In this document: positions 19,366 to 28,484 of the stretch, in pieces
Layout of the letters: the number at the start of each line of letters is the position of its first letter
Numbering within the stretch: position 1 is the stretch's first letter
NCBI GenBank assembly: GCA_031411295.1
Contig: JANOAV010000060.1
Span: 10,172-74,171 of the forward strand
Direction of reading: 5' to 3'
Length of the DNA: 64,000 nt
From: Verrucomicrobiales bacterium
Lineage (GTDB): Bacteria; Verrucomicrobiota; Verrucomicrobiia; Verrucomicrobiales; V1-33
Program-made: the position numbers and the translations under genes
Notes under the pieces: generated by a model
The model's input: the letters and a program-made list of their open reading frames with translations, nothing else
The model's database searches: none
Told to the model about the DNA's origin: nothing

Positions 19366-20334
19366 ATGACCCCGACCGACCACGATTCCCTGGCCATCGG
19401 CATCGATATGGGCGGCACCTCCGTAAAATTGGGGGTGTGCCATGGTGCCCGATTGCTCTTCCATGCCGATCCCATTGAAACGCAGAATTTCGCTGGAGCG
19501 GAGGCCTTGCTGGAAGTGATGAGCCGTGAAGTGCGGGCGCTGAAGCAGGCGTGCCCCGGAGTGCGAGCCGTGGGGGTGGGCGTGCCGGGATTCACCGATG
19601 TGAATACGGGGATGGTGTATCATTTAACCAATGTGAATGGCTGGAATAACGTCCTGCTCAACGACATCATGACCCAAGCCACGGGTATTCCTACCTTTGC
19701 GGAAAATGATGCCAACGCCATGGCCTACGCGGAATTCAAGCACGGAGCCGGCATGGGGGCGACGAATATGATCGGAGTAACCTTGGGCACCGGGGTCGGC
19801 GGGGGACTGGTCCTCAATGGCGAACTCTTTCGGGGCTCGGCGTGTGGGGCCGGGGAGATCGGGCAAATGAGCATCGATTACAAGGGCAAGCCCGGCGCCT
19901 ATGGCAACACTGGAGGCTTGGAGGAATACGTGGGCAATCGCGAAATGGCGGCCCGAGCCGCCACGCTCTATCAACAGGCTGGAATCCTGAAATCGTCCGT
20001 AGATTGTGAACCGCACAAACTCACCGAAGCCGCCGCCGCGCAGGATCCGGTGGCGCTGCAGGTGTGGGATGAATTCACCACGCAACTGGCTTCCTGTCTG
20101 GCGAACTGTTGCTGGCTCATCAATCCTGACACGATTGTGATCGGCGGCGGAATTGCGCGGGCGGGAGCCATTTTATTCGAGCCGCTGCAGCGGAAAATGA
20201 ACGCTCAGTTGCACACGACTTTTTCCCATGGTCTGAAAGTTCTGCCCGCCCACTTCGGCAACGAAGCCGGGATCATCGGCAGTGCGGCCGTGGCGCTGGA
20301 ACGGCATGCTGCCTCACGTAGTGGTCAGCTCTAG
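19366..20334 (+). CDS. ROK-family sugar kinase (glucokinase-like)
   Basis: GIDMGGT, GVGVPG, ENDANA, TLGTGVGGG, GEIG, G.LEEYVG, IVIGGGIA, GN.AGIIGSA. Confidence 0.93.
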   Translation: MTPTDHDSLAIGIDMGGTSVKLGVCHGARLLFHADPIETQNFAGAEALLEVMSREVRALKQACPGVRAVGVGVPGFTDVNTGMVYHLTNVNGWNNVLLNDIMTQATGIPTFAENDANAMAYAEFKHGAGMGATNMIGVTLGTGVGGGLVLNGELFRGSACGAGEIGQMSIDYKGKPGAYGNTGGLEEYVGNREMAARAATLYQQAGILKSSVDCEPHKLTEAAAAQDPVALQVWDEFTTQLASCLANCCWLINPDTIVIGGGIARAGAILFEPLQRKMNAQLHTTFSHGLKVLPAHFGNEAGIIGSAAVALERHAASRSGQL

Positions 20335-20353
20335 CCTGCGGCAGGCCCCAAGT

Positions 20354-21301
20354 TTAATCTCCCAGCAGTTGCCGCAGCCCCTGGATGGCTTTGGCGATAC
20401 CACTGAGGATGCTCTTGGCGGAAGCATGCCATTGCTGGCCGAAATCCTGCCAGGAAATCGTGGGCGCAGCTTGAATTAAAAGCAGCGAGAGCAGGAGCAG
20501 GTTCGCCAGCACGATGACGTTCAGGCTGAAAATCGTGCCATTGGATTTCAAGTCCGGCTGATCTTTGACGATCATCCACACGGTGAACGTTAGGTGAAAC
20601 CCCCACGTGAGGCCCAGCGTCCAATAACCCAGCATCTCCCAAGAAAAGTGGGGGAGAATGCGGATGGGGAGTCGATGCGCCACCGTGAGGTCTGTATAGG
20701 AACCTACCAGCCAAAACACCAGCGCTACCACCAAGGCATAGAGCGGCACGAAATAGGGGGAAAGCGCGATCAGGAGATTATTCTTATCGGTCACAATATG
20801 CCCCCCTTCCTTGGTCACGCGGAACTCATGGACATGGCCCAGACAGAGGTAGGTGAAGAGAGCATGCGTGGCTTCATGTCCCCAAACATAGAGGTAGATC
20901 GGACGCCCCATAGTGAAGAAGGCCACGAGCCACATGATAAGCCCCAACATGAAGAACCAGAAAGGGCTGCTGCGCCAGAAGGAAGCCTCCATACTGGCTT
21001 GGAAACAGGAGAAAAACGCCATGGCCGTAATCAAACAGAGTGGCAGTAACAACGTGCTGCCGAGCGCGCGCCAGATCTGTGGCATATCGATCATCCAACC
21101 GCCGATCGTGGCGGCATGATGGACGTTCAGTTCTTGTTTGACCTCCTGCTTCACCCCAGCCACGCCTCGACGCTGGGGACGACGCTGGGCTGCCTTGCGT
21201 CGTTTGTTAGCACTCCCCGACAAATCAAAACCTGCGCTCACGCTCAAAGAGAGTTCGTGACGGGATTGTTTGGTATTGCGCTTGACGTTTTTCGTGGCCA
21301 T
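20354..21301 (-). CDS. Membrane protein with HExxH motif (M50-like peptidase fold, uncharacterised)
   Basis: Several transmembrane segments, YVWGHEATHA, GGH, IALSPYF.P and a distal Q.DL; basic N-terminal extension. Confidence 0.6.
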   Translation of the reverse strand: MATKNVKRNTKQSRHELSLSVSAGFDLSGSANKRRKAAQRRPQRRGVAGVKQEVKQELNVHHAATIGGWMIDMPQIWRALGSTLLLPLCLITAMAFFSCFQASMEASFWRSSPFWFFMLGLIMWLVAFFTMGRPIYLYVWGHEATHALFTYLCLGHVHEFRVTKEGGHIVTDKNNLLIALSPYFVPLYALVVALVFWLVGSYTDLTVAHRLPIRILPHFSWEMLGYWTLGLTWGFHLTFTVWMIVKDQPDLKSNGTIFSLNVIVLANLLLLSLLLIQAAPTISWQDFGQQWHASAKSILSGIAKAIQGLRQLLGD

Positions 21302-21389
21302 CAAGCAAAATTAATACAACTTTCTTAAAATTTAACAAGTATTAAAGATAAATTTTGAAGAAACCGCCCCGCTGGCGGGTTTGGACTGG

Positions 21390-22226
21390 TTATTCTCCGC
21401 TCAGCATTCCCTGTAAGATCAGGAAACCGACGACCCACGCCAGCGCCACCCGGTAATAGCCAAAGACCGCAAAACCACGTCGTTGGAGGAAGGCCACCAT
21501 CCATTTCACCGCAATGACGGCGGAGAGCCAAGCCGCCAAGAGCCCAATAATCAGAACGGTAGGCCCACCCAGCAGTTGGATGTTGGCACTGTCAAATTTC
21601 AGTGATTTGTAGGCCGTAGCCGCCGTTAGCGTAATCAGTCCAAGAATGAAGCTGAATTCGACTGCGGCCGAAAGCGATAGCCCCACCAAAACGCCCCCAA
21701 GAATAGTGACCAGGCTGCGGCTCGTTCCTGGCATGAGGGCGATACATTGCATGAGGCCAATCATGATTGCCATTTTCACGGTCAAGGATTCGAGCCCAAA
21801 ACCTTCGTTGCGCTTGGCAGGTTTGAACCATTCTACTGCCAAAATGGCCACGCCTCCGACCAGCCATGCAATCGTCACGGTCCAAAGGTTCATCAAGGCA
21901 GCATCAATCTTCTTATTAAACGCCAAACCGACCACGGCCGCTGGCAGAAACGCTGCGAGGACTTTAATGGTTAAGGCGCGCCCAGCGGGATCCTTCCCCA
22001 GGACCCCAAGGGCCATGGATTTCACCCGGCCGAAATAGAGGCCCAAGACTGCGAAAATAGCCCCTGCCTGAATACAGATGGTATAGGCATCCAAGGCCAC
22101 CTTGTTCTCGGGCGTCTGAAGTTTCATTGCTTGCTCCGCAAGGATCAGGTGGCCAGTAGAACTAACTGGAAGGTATTCGGTGAGGCCCTCAACGATGCCG
22201 AGGATGATGGATTGGGTGATGGTCAT
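21390..22226 (-). CDS. uppP: Undecaprenyl-diphosphate phosphatase
   Basis: LGIVEGLTEYLPVSSTGHL, IQ.GAI.AV, Q..ALMPGTSRS, A.EFSF, F..FGYYR. Confidence 0.96.
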   Translation of the reverse strand: MTITQSIILGIVEGLTEYLPVSSTGHLILAEQAMKLQTPENKVALDAYTICIQAGAIFAVLGLYFGRVKSMALGVLGKDPAGRALTIKVLAAFLPAAVVGLAFNKKIDAALMNLWTVTIAWLVGGVAILAVEWFKPAKRNEGFGLESLTVKMAIMIGLMQCIALMPGTSRSLVTILGGVLVGLSLSAAVEFSFILGLITLTAATAYKSLKFDSANIQLLGGPTVLIIGLLAAWLSAVIAVKWMVAFLQRRGFAVFGYYRVALAWVVGFLILQGMLSGE

Positions 22227-22349
22227 GGGTAGTATTTGGAAGGGAACAAAGCGCCCAACCTAAGTTCAAACCTGAAAGTTCAAAGCCCAAATAATCACTT
22301 AATGCCAGGTTGGCCAGATTGGTGTTCCGCCCCCAACGACGCCGATCAA

Positions 22350-22919
22350 TCACTTCCTCAACGCAGGAAACATCACTTGTTCCACACCGGAACAGATGAG
22401 ATGCAGCACCACCTGATGCGCCTCCTGGATGTGGGAGGTAACTTGGGAGGGGACCACGATCGACAACTCTGCCAGCGGCTTGGCGGCACCGCCATCTCTG
22501 CCGAGCAGGGCGATGGTGCGCATGCCCCGGGTGCTGGCCGAACGCAGCGCTTCGAGAATATTCGGGGAGTTCCCGGACGTCGTGAAGACGACGAGGACAT
22601 CCCCCTTGCGAGCCAGACCATCGACCTGGCGGGCAAAGATGCTATTGAACTGGTAGTCATTGCCCGTGGCGGTCATGAAACTGCCATCCGCGGTCAAATT
22701 AAGCGCTGGAAGTGAGGGGCGGTCCCGTTCGAAACGACAAAGGAATTCCGTGGCAAAATGGGCTGCCTCGGCTGCGCTTCCGCCGTTGCCGCAGGTCAGA
22801 ATTTTCCCGCCACTGCTGAGACTATCAGCGATGATGTCGATGGCTTGCTGCACTTCTGCTTGCAGGGTATGCAGCGAACTAATGGCTGCGGTGGCTTGGT
22901 CGATATACGCTTTAATCAT
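22350..22919 (-). CDS. gmhA: Phosphoheptose isomerase-like SIS-domain protein
   Basis: CGNGGSAAEAAHFATE, TATGNDY..IFARQV, TSGNSPN, IQEAH; ATG at 22919. Confidence 0.88.
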   Translation of the reverse strand: MIKAYIDQATAAISSLHTLQAEVQQAIDIIADSLSSGGKILTCGNGGSAAEAAHFATEFLCRFERDRPSLPALNLTADGSFMTATGNDYQFNSIFARQVDGLARKGDVLVVFTTSGNSPNILEALRSASTRGMRTIALLGRDGGAAKPLAELSIVVPSQVTSHIQEAHQVVLHLICSGVEQVMFPALRK

Positions 22920-23176
22920 AACTGGATGGGAGGAAAGAGCCGACAGTAAGCAGACCCTTGCCAACTTGCAACTTTTTCAGTCAGGCGCTGGGGGTAACTA
23001 AAAAATACCAGATTAATCCAATCTTAATTTCGGAGCGGTGTTTTTGGTTTTGCAAGATTAAAATGTTGAAATTGTCTTGCGTGAAACCGGAGAAAATAAT
23101 AATCTGGCCTCAGAAATTCCCCTAGATTTTCTTTCCTCCCCCCACGATACCCGAGCTTTACCCCTCCCCCAAAAAT

Positions 23177-26100
23177 ATGAAGACAAGTGCCAGATTCCTC
23201 ACTGGATTGCTAAGTTGCGTTCTCCTCGGAAACGCTTCGGCAACGATTTTGTTGAATGAGATCCATGCCCGCACTCCGCTGAGCACGGATGTTCTGGAGC
23301 AGGATTCGAATTTTGAGTTCGTCGAATTAAAGAGCACCACCGCTTCGGAGGATTGCGTAGGCCCGAATGGCGGGCCACTTTGGCTGTTGCTAATAGATAA
23401 TGATGGCGGTGGACTTGGCGGGGTGGATCAGGCTTGGAAATTGGTGGACGTCAATGGAGTGGCCCTGAAGACAGGTGCCAACGGCCTGCTGCTGCTGGGA
23501 GATGATTACCTCAAGTCAAGTGCCCCTTATAACACGATCAAGGCCATCCAAACCACCGTGGGAGATCCCTCGGGCATGGGTTCGGATAATCTTGGAAATA
23601 AGGCCTATACCATGCTGCTCGTAGAAGGATACACGAATCCCACTCCGCTGGGGGCAGACACGAAACCTATTTTGGATAAAGACAGTAACGGCATCCTCGA
23701 TTGGAATCAGACGCCGATTCTCGCTAGCGGATACCAAGCGGCACCTTGGACCGTGGTAAATTTCAACGCCACCAGCAATCCTGCTGGAGCAGTGGATTCG
23801 GTTGGCTTCAACGGAGATTCTGGGGCGACCATTACTCCAGCCTATTGCGGTGCTGGCGGCAGCGGAGCGAATCTTTCCAACAGTAACCTGCTCAAAGGAG
23901 TCACCGCCACGGGATTCCTCCCTCACACGATCGCCCGCGGCGGCACTAACAACACTGCTAACTCCCGCACTGCTTGGTATGGTGGCGTTTCTTCCGGGAG
24001 CTCGGGGGATTCCATTACCTATGGCACTAATTTCTTTAATCTCCTGAGTGGCCAAACCTGGCGTGGTCAGGTTACCCCTGGCCAGCCCAATTTATCGGCC
24101 GCCCCGGTCACCCCGGTCTTCCGGATCAATGAAATCCATGCCAACCCTTCAGGCACGCCAGGTCGCTCCGCCCCCGGGGCTGGTTCCCTCACCCCGAACC
24201 TCGTTTCAGTTAATGACGGCAACTTTGAGTATATTGAAATCATCAACACGTCGGCTGCGGCAGACTTGTCGGGCAGCTTGGCGGGATACTCCCTACTGAT
24301 AATCGACAACGGCGGGGGCTCCATCGGGCAGATTGTCGAAGCATGGGATTTAAGCAAATTTTCCACCGGCAGTAACGGTATTCTACTGCTTGGGGATGGC
24401 TTTACCAATGGTGAGTGTCCCTGGATCAAAAACGTGGATGCCGCCACCCAACTGGGCGACCCAGAAGCCGTAGCGGCTACGCCGGCCACCAACCCTGCGA
24501 CGCAGAAATACACTTCCCTGAGCGCTGGGGATATTCCCAATGATGGAGTGACGTTTCTATTGGTGCAAAACTTCACCAGCACCGCTGAGGCAGTAGTAAA
24601 TAGCGTCGCTGACGCGCGAGATCTGGACGCGACTGATGATGGCGTCCTCGATTCCACTCCTTATACCCTGGTGGACGGAGTCAGCATCCCAGAGATCGAC
24701 GCCACCGCCCATACCCCGATTACCGGCCGAGCTGGTTATTCCGCCGCTTCACTTTCCATTTCCAGCACCTTCACGATCACTGGCGCGCAAAGCACCGACG
24801 TCATCACCACCAACGCAGCCCACGGTTTAGTGGCAGGGGATCGCATCGCCATTACCGCCAAGACTGGCGGCACCGGAATCACGGTTGGCACCGCTTATTT
24901 TGTGCTCACGGCCCCAACCGCCACTACCCTCACTTTGAGCGCCACTGCGGGCGGGGCGCTTTTAAATTTCACCACAGACATCACTGCCGGCAGTTTGGCC
25001 ACCAGAGCCTACGATCCAGACAACCTTTCCCGCATCAAGGGTTCTAATACCGCCAGCTCCGCAGCAGCGTGGTCTTATGGGGTGCTTGGATCAGGTAGTT
25101 CCTACGCCTTAACCTACCGCAATGGTTACTACCGCCCCACCACGTTCTGGGGAGCGGGATCACCCGGGAAACCGAACTACAGTGCCAGCGTGCTGCCCAC
25201 CGTCGGCACCCTCCGCCTCAACGAAGTTCACATCAAGCCGCCTCAGTCCGGGGACGGTAAGGAAAATACGGAATTCGTGGAATTGATCAGCACCAATGCC
25301 CACGCCTCCATGAAAGACCTCTGGCTCATCGTGCTTGACGCTTCGCCCGGAGCCTCCAGCGGCTTGGTGAAAAAAGTAATCGATCTCCGCAGTCAATCCA
25401 CAGGAGCAAACAAACTAGCGCTCTTTGCCGATGGGGTTGAGGAATTTACCAGCGCACTGCCGCCCTTCAGCTCATCACTTACCTCCCGTGATGACCCGTC
25501 CATTTATTTTGGAGACGGCACCGTGCCTGTCTCAGCCGATTTTAATTTTACTCCGGACTCACTAGCCCCCAACTCCGGCATTTCGGTTTTACTGGTATCC
25601 TATGCCGCTCCCACCGCCACGTCGGTCCCCGTGCAGCCAGGATCAGATCTGGATGCCAACAACGATGGCGTGCTGGACGCAGCCCCCGCCTGGACCGTGG
25701 TTGACACCATTGGCATTGGGAACGGCATCGGCGGCGTGCCGGTCGCCCCCGGCACCCCTGCGACCCTGTCCCGCGTGAATGGCAATCTCACGCCAAACAG
25801 CTTGGGTGCTTGGTTCGGCGGAGACATCAGCGGTTCGACCCCAACGAGCTTTGATTACGGTGCGGCTTACTTCGGCTCCTTCAAGGGAGCCGCCACGCCG
25901 GGACGCGCTAACCCCATTGCCACTCCGAATCCAGCCGCTGTCCTCTTGTTGAATGAGGTCAATATCAATCCGCCAGGTGCTGATAACAATAAGGAGTTCA
26001 TCGAAATTCGCACTGCGGACAACACTGCCACCAGCACCGCAGGCTACAGCCTCCTGTTGGTTGATAACGAAGGCGCAGACATCGGCCGAGTTTTGAAAAT

Positions 26101-27295
26101 GTATGACTTGGATTCCGCCGCCATCGGCACCAACGGATTGCTGCTCAATGGTTCCGGTTACACTACCTTGATGCCCTGGACTGCCGCTGCCGCACCCGAA
26201 GCCAACACCGGCATCTTCTCTCCGGACACCATGGCTTTCGATGACATCGCGCTGACTTCGGACAACGGTGCGTTTACGCTGCTGTTAGTCAAATACTTCA
26301 ATGGCCGGGTGGGCGATGATCTCGATATGGGCACGAACACAGACCGTCGTGAATCCGTGCCAGACGACGCCATCTTCAATACCCCACTGCAATGGTCTTC
26401 GCTGGCGGATTCAGTGGCGATGAGAGGCGTCATTTCGGCCAGTCCGCTTACGATCACCTCCGCAGCTGGCACCCCCATCGCCATCACCACCAGCGTGGCT
26501 CACGGCATGAGCAGCGGAGCTAATGTGGCAATTGCTGGTGCCTTGGGAAATACTGCCGCCAATGGCACTTGGACGATTAACGTAACTTCCACCACGAGCT
26601 TCACCCTAACCGGCAGCACTAGCAATGGTGCCTACACCTCTGGCGGATTGGTTAATTACTACCAAGCGGGCCGGATCTTTACTGGCACCACAGACTTGTC
26701 CGTCGCCATTCCCGCTTCCCCCAATCAAGCCAACGCCTATACCCCGGACACGGTCTCAAGGTTTGCCAATAAACTGACTCCCAATGATGCTGCCTCTTGG
26801 TATGGTGCCAACATCACCGGCACAGCCGGCACCTCCACAGTGTATTCCACCACGCAGTATTTCCCCACGACCTTGAACGGTGGCAAGGTGACTCCTGGTC
26901 AGACTAATATTTTCGCCCTCACCGACCTCTCAGATCCCGATGGCGATGGTGTGGTCGTCGTCATGGAAGACGCCTTGGGCATGAATATCTTTGTGGCCGA
27001 CACCCCCAAGCTGCCACAACCTGGTTGGGCGATCATTTCTGGGCAAAATTCTGGCAAACCACAACCAGTCTTTATTGTCACGCGTCCCAACGGAGGTGTC
27101 GCTGGGATTACCTATATCGTGGAAGCTTCCACTGACTTGAACGATTGGGGCTCCTACACGACTCAAGTAAAAAGCACCACCGCTAACGTTCCGAGCGTCG
27201 GCACGGAAACCAAAGTTTACGGTATTCCTGCTGCTTTCCTCCCGACCCTGACAGAGGGACGTATCTTCTTCCGCCTCCGGGTTTCCCGCCCGTGA
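23177..27295 (+). CDS. Large secreted protein with four lamin-tail-like repeats, two small inserted domains and a C-terminal module
   Basis: Signal peptide; four repeats opening (L/I)NE(I/V)...EF(V/I)E and closing (T/S)PG.xN; DxDxDG-like loops; ends YIVEASTDLNDW...FFRLRVSRP. Confidence 0.8.
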   Translation: MKTSARFLTGLLSCVLLGNASATILLNEIHARTPLSTDVLEQDSNFEFVELKSTTASEDCVGPNGGPLWLLLIDNDGGGLGGVDQAWKLVDVNGVALKTGANGLLLLGDDYLKSSAPYNTIKAIQTTVGDPSGMGSDNLGNKAYTMLLVEGYTNPTPLGADTKPILDKDSNGILDWNQTPILASGYQAAPWTVVNFNATSNPAGAVDSVGFNGDSGATITPAYCGAGGSGANLSNSNLLKGVTATGFLPHTIARGGTNNTANSRTAWYGGVSSGSSGDSITYGTNFFNLLSGQTWRGQVTPGQPNLSAAPVTPVFRINEIHANPSGTPGRSAPGAGSLTPNLVSVNDGNFEYIEIINTSAAADLSGSLAGYSLLIIDNGGGSIGQIVEAWDLSKFSTGSNGILLLGDGFTNGECPWIKNVDAATQLGDPEAVAATPATNPATQKYTSLSAGDIPNDGVTFLLVQNFTSTAEAVVNSVADARDLDATDDGVLDSTPYTLVDGVSIPEIDATAHTPITGRAGYSAASLSISSTFTITGAQSTDVITTNAAHGLVAGDRIAITAKTGGTGITVGTAYFVLTAPTATTLTLSATAGGALLNFTTDITAGSLATRAYDPDNLSRIKGSNTASSAAAWSYGVLGSGSSYALTYRNGYYRPTTFWGAGSPGKPNYSASVLPTVGTLRLNEVHIKPPQSGDGKENTEFVELISTNAHASMKDLWLIVLDASPGASSGLVKKVIDLRSQSTGANKLALFADGVEEFTSALPPFSSSLTSRDDPSIYFGDGTVPVSADFNFTPDSLAPNSGISVLLVSYAAPTATSVPVQPGSDLDANNDGVLDAAPAWTVVDTIGIGNGIGGVPVAPGTPATLSRVNGNLTPNSLGAWFGGDISGSTPTSFDYGAAYFGSFKGAATPGRANPIATPNPAAVLLLNEVNINPPGADNNKEFIEIRTADNTATSTAGYSLLLVDNEGADIGRVLKMYDLDSAAIGTNGLLLNGSGYTTLMPWTAAAAPEANTGIFSPDTMAFDDIALTSDNGAFTLLLVKYFNGRVGDDLDMGTNTDRRESVPDDAIFNTPLQWSSLADSVAMRGVISASPLTITSAAGTPIAITTSVAHGMSSGANVAIAGALGNTAANGTWTINVTSTTSFTLTGSTSNGAYTSGGLVNYYQAGRIFTGTTDLSVAIPASPNQANAYTPDTVSRFANKLTPNDAASWYGANITGTAGTSTVYSTTQYFPTTLNGGKVTPGQTNIFALTDLSDPDGDGVVVVMEDALGMNIFVADTPKLPQPGWAIISGQNSGKPQPVFIVTRPNGGVAGITYIVEASTDLNDWGSYTTQVKSTTANVPSVGTETKVYGIPAAFLPTLTEGRIFFRLRVSRP

Positions 27296-27347
27296 TCGTG
27301 GTCCGTTCAATTGGTGCGAATTAGTGCGTCCGCCCCATAGTGCTCGG

Positions 27348-28421
27348 ATGTCGAAGCTCCTTACGTTATTGATTACATGCTTCCACTGCTCCGCACTCCA
27401 GCGGGCGGTGGCAGAGCCTCTGCCGCCAACCCAAGTCATCCCAGGCCTCACTTTGACGGCAAAGGATACGCTGGAGACCAAGGGCGAGCCCGATGCCGCG
27501 GTGGCGGAATGCCTGGCAGGCCTTGCTTGGAAACCAGCCACCTTTAACGTCCGCTGCGTGGGCAAGACGGAGCAAGCCGACTGGTTGATCCGCTTTCCCA
27601 GTCCGCTGCCATCAGGCGATGCGGTCAACGACGACGTCGCCATGGAATGGTATGTCGCCAGAGACCAAAACAAGGAACCGATCAAAGCCCCAGCAGTGAT
27701 CGTGGTGCACGAATCCGGCCGTGGCATGATGGCGGGCAAAGTGGTCTGTAATGGTCTGCGGAATAATCATTTCCACGCCTTCCTCGTGCATCTTCCGGGG
27801 TATGGCGAGCGCACCTCAGAGTTCACCGCCGATACCAAAGCCATGCTCCCCGGCCTGCGCCAAGCGATTGGCGATGTGCGACGCGCGCGGGATGCAGCCG
27901 CAGCCCTGCCGAATGTGGATGCCAGTTCCATTTCCCTGCAAGGCACCAGTTTGGGCGGATTCGTTGCCGCTACTGCAGCCGGTTTGGACCGTGGATTTGA
28001 TCGGGTCTTTATCCTGCTGGCGGGCGGAGATTTGGCACAGGTGATTCTTACCGGAGAAAAAGATGCCGCGGGCATCCGCAAACGCTTGCTCGCGGCCGGC
28101 ATCACGGAACATGGAATCCGCGCCCAAACCAACACCGTGGAACCCCTGCGAATTGCCTCACGCATCAATCCTCAACGGACCTGGCTGTTTAGTGGTCGGG
28201 ATGATGAAGTGGTGCCACCAGTTTGTTCCGACGCTTGGGCTAAGGCGGCCCAACTTCCCCAGGACCATCACGAAATCATGCCCGTGGGCCACTACACAGC
28301 CGCCTTCCTCTTCCCCAGCGTCATGGGCCAGATCGTAAACCTGATGCGAGACCGCCCCATGATGGAGAACCTCCCGCCCTTGCCGAACCTTCCCCCACCT
28401 CCCAAAGCACGCGCTAAATAA
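27348..28421 (+). CDS. Secreted alpha/beta hydrolase
   Basis: Signal peptide; nucleophile elbow GTSLGG, D.VVP and GH (Ser-Asp-His triad). Confidence 0.85.
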   Translation: MSKLLTLLITCFHCSALQRAVAEPLPPTQVIPGLTLTAKDTLETKGEPDAAVAECLAGLAWKPATFNVRCVGKTEQADWLIRFPSPLPSGDAVNDDVAMEWYVARDQNKEPIKAPAVIVVHESGRGMMAGKVVCNGLRNNHFHAFLVHLPGYGERTSEFTADTKAMLPGLRQAIGDVRRARDAAAALPNVDASSISLQGTSLGGFVAATAAGLDRGFDRVFILLAGGDLAQVILTGEKDAAGIRKRLLAAGITEHGIRAQTNTVEPLRIASRINPQRTWLFSGRDDEVVPPVCSDAWAKAAQLPQDHHEIMPVGHYTAAFLFPSVMGQIVNLMRDRPMMENLPPLPNLPPPPKARAK

Positions 28422-28484
28422 CCAGCTGGGCAATTGCGCCACGCTTGTCCTTGCAGAACCGGTCGTCCGCTTTCCTAGTCAACC

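Noticed and set aside
23011..23030. TTAAT direct repeat with 11-nt spacing upstream of the LTD-repeat gene
   Set aside because: Too short to be significant in an AT-rich promoter region and unlike the box before phoB.
26930..27739. 269-aa minus-strand ORF spanning two plus-strand genes
   Set aside because: Antisense to two well-supported genes.
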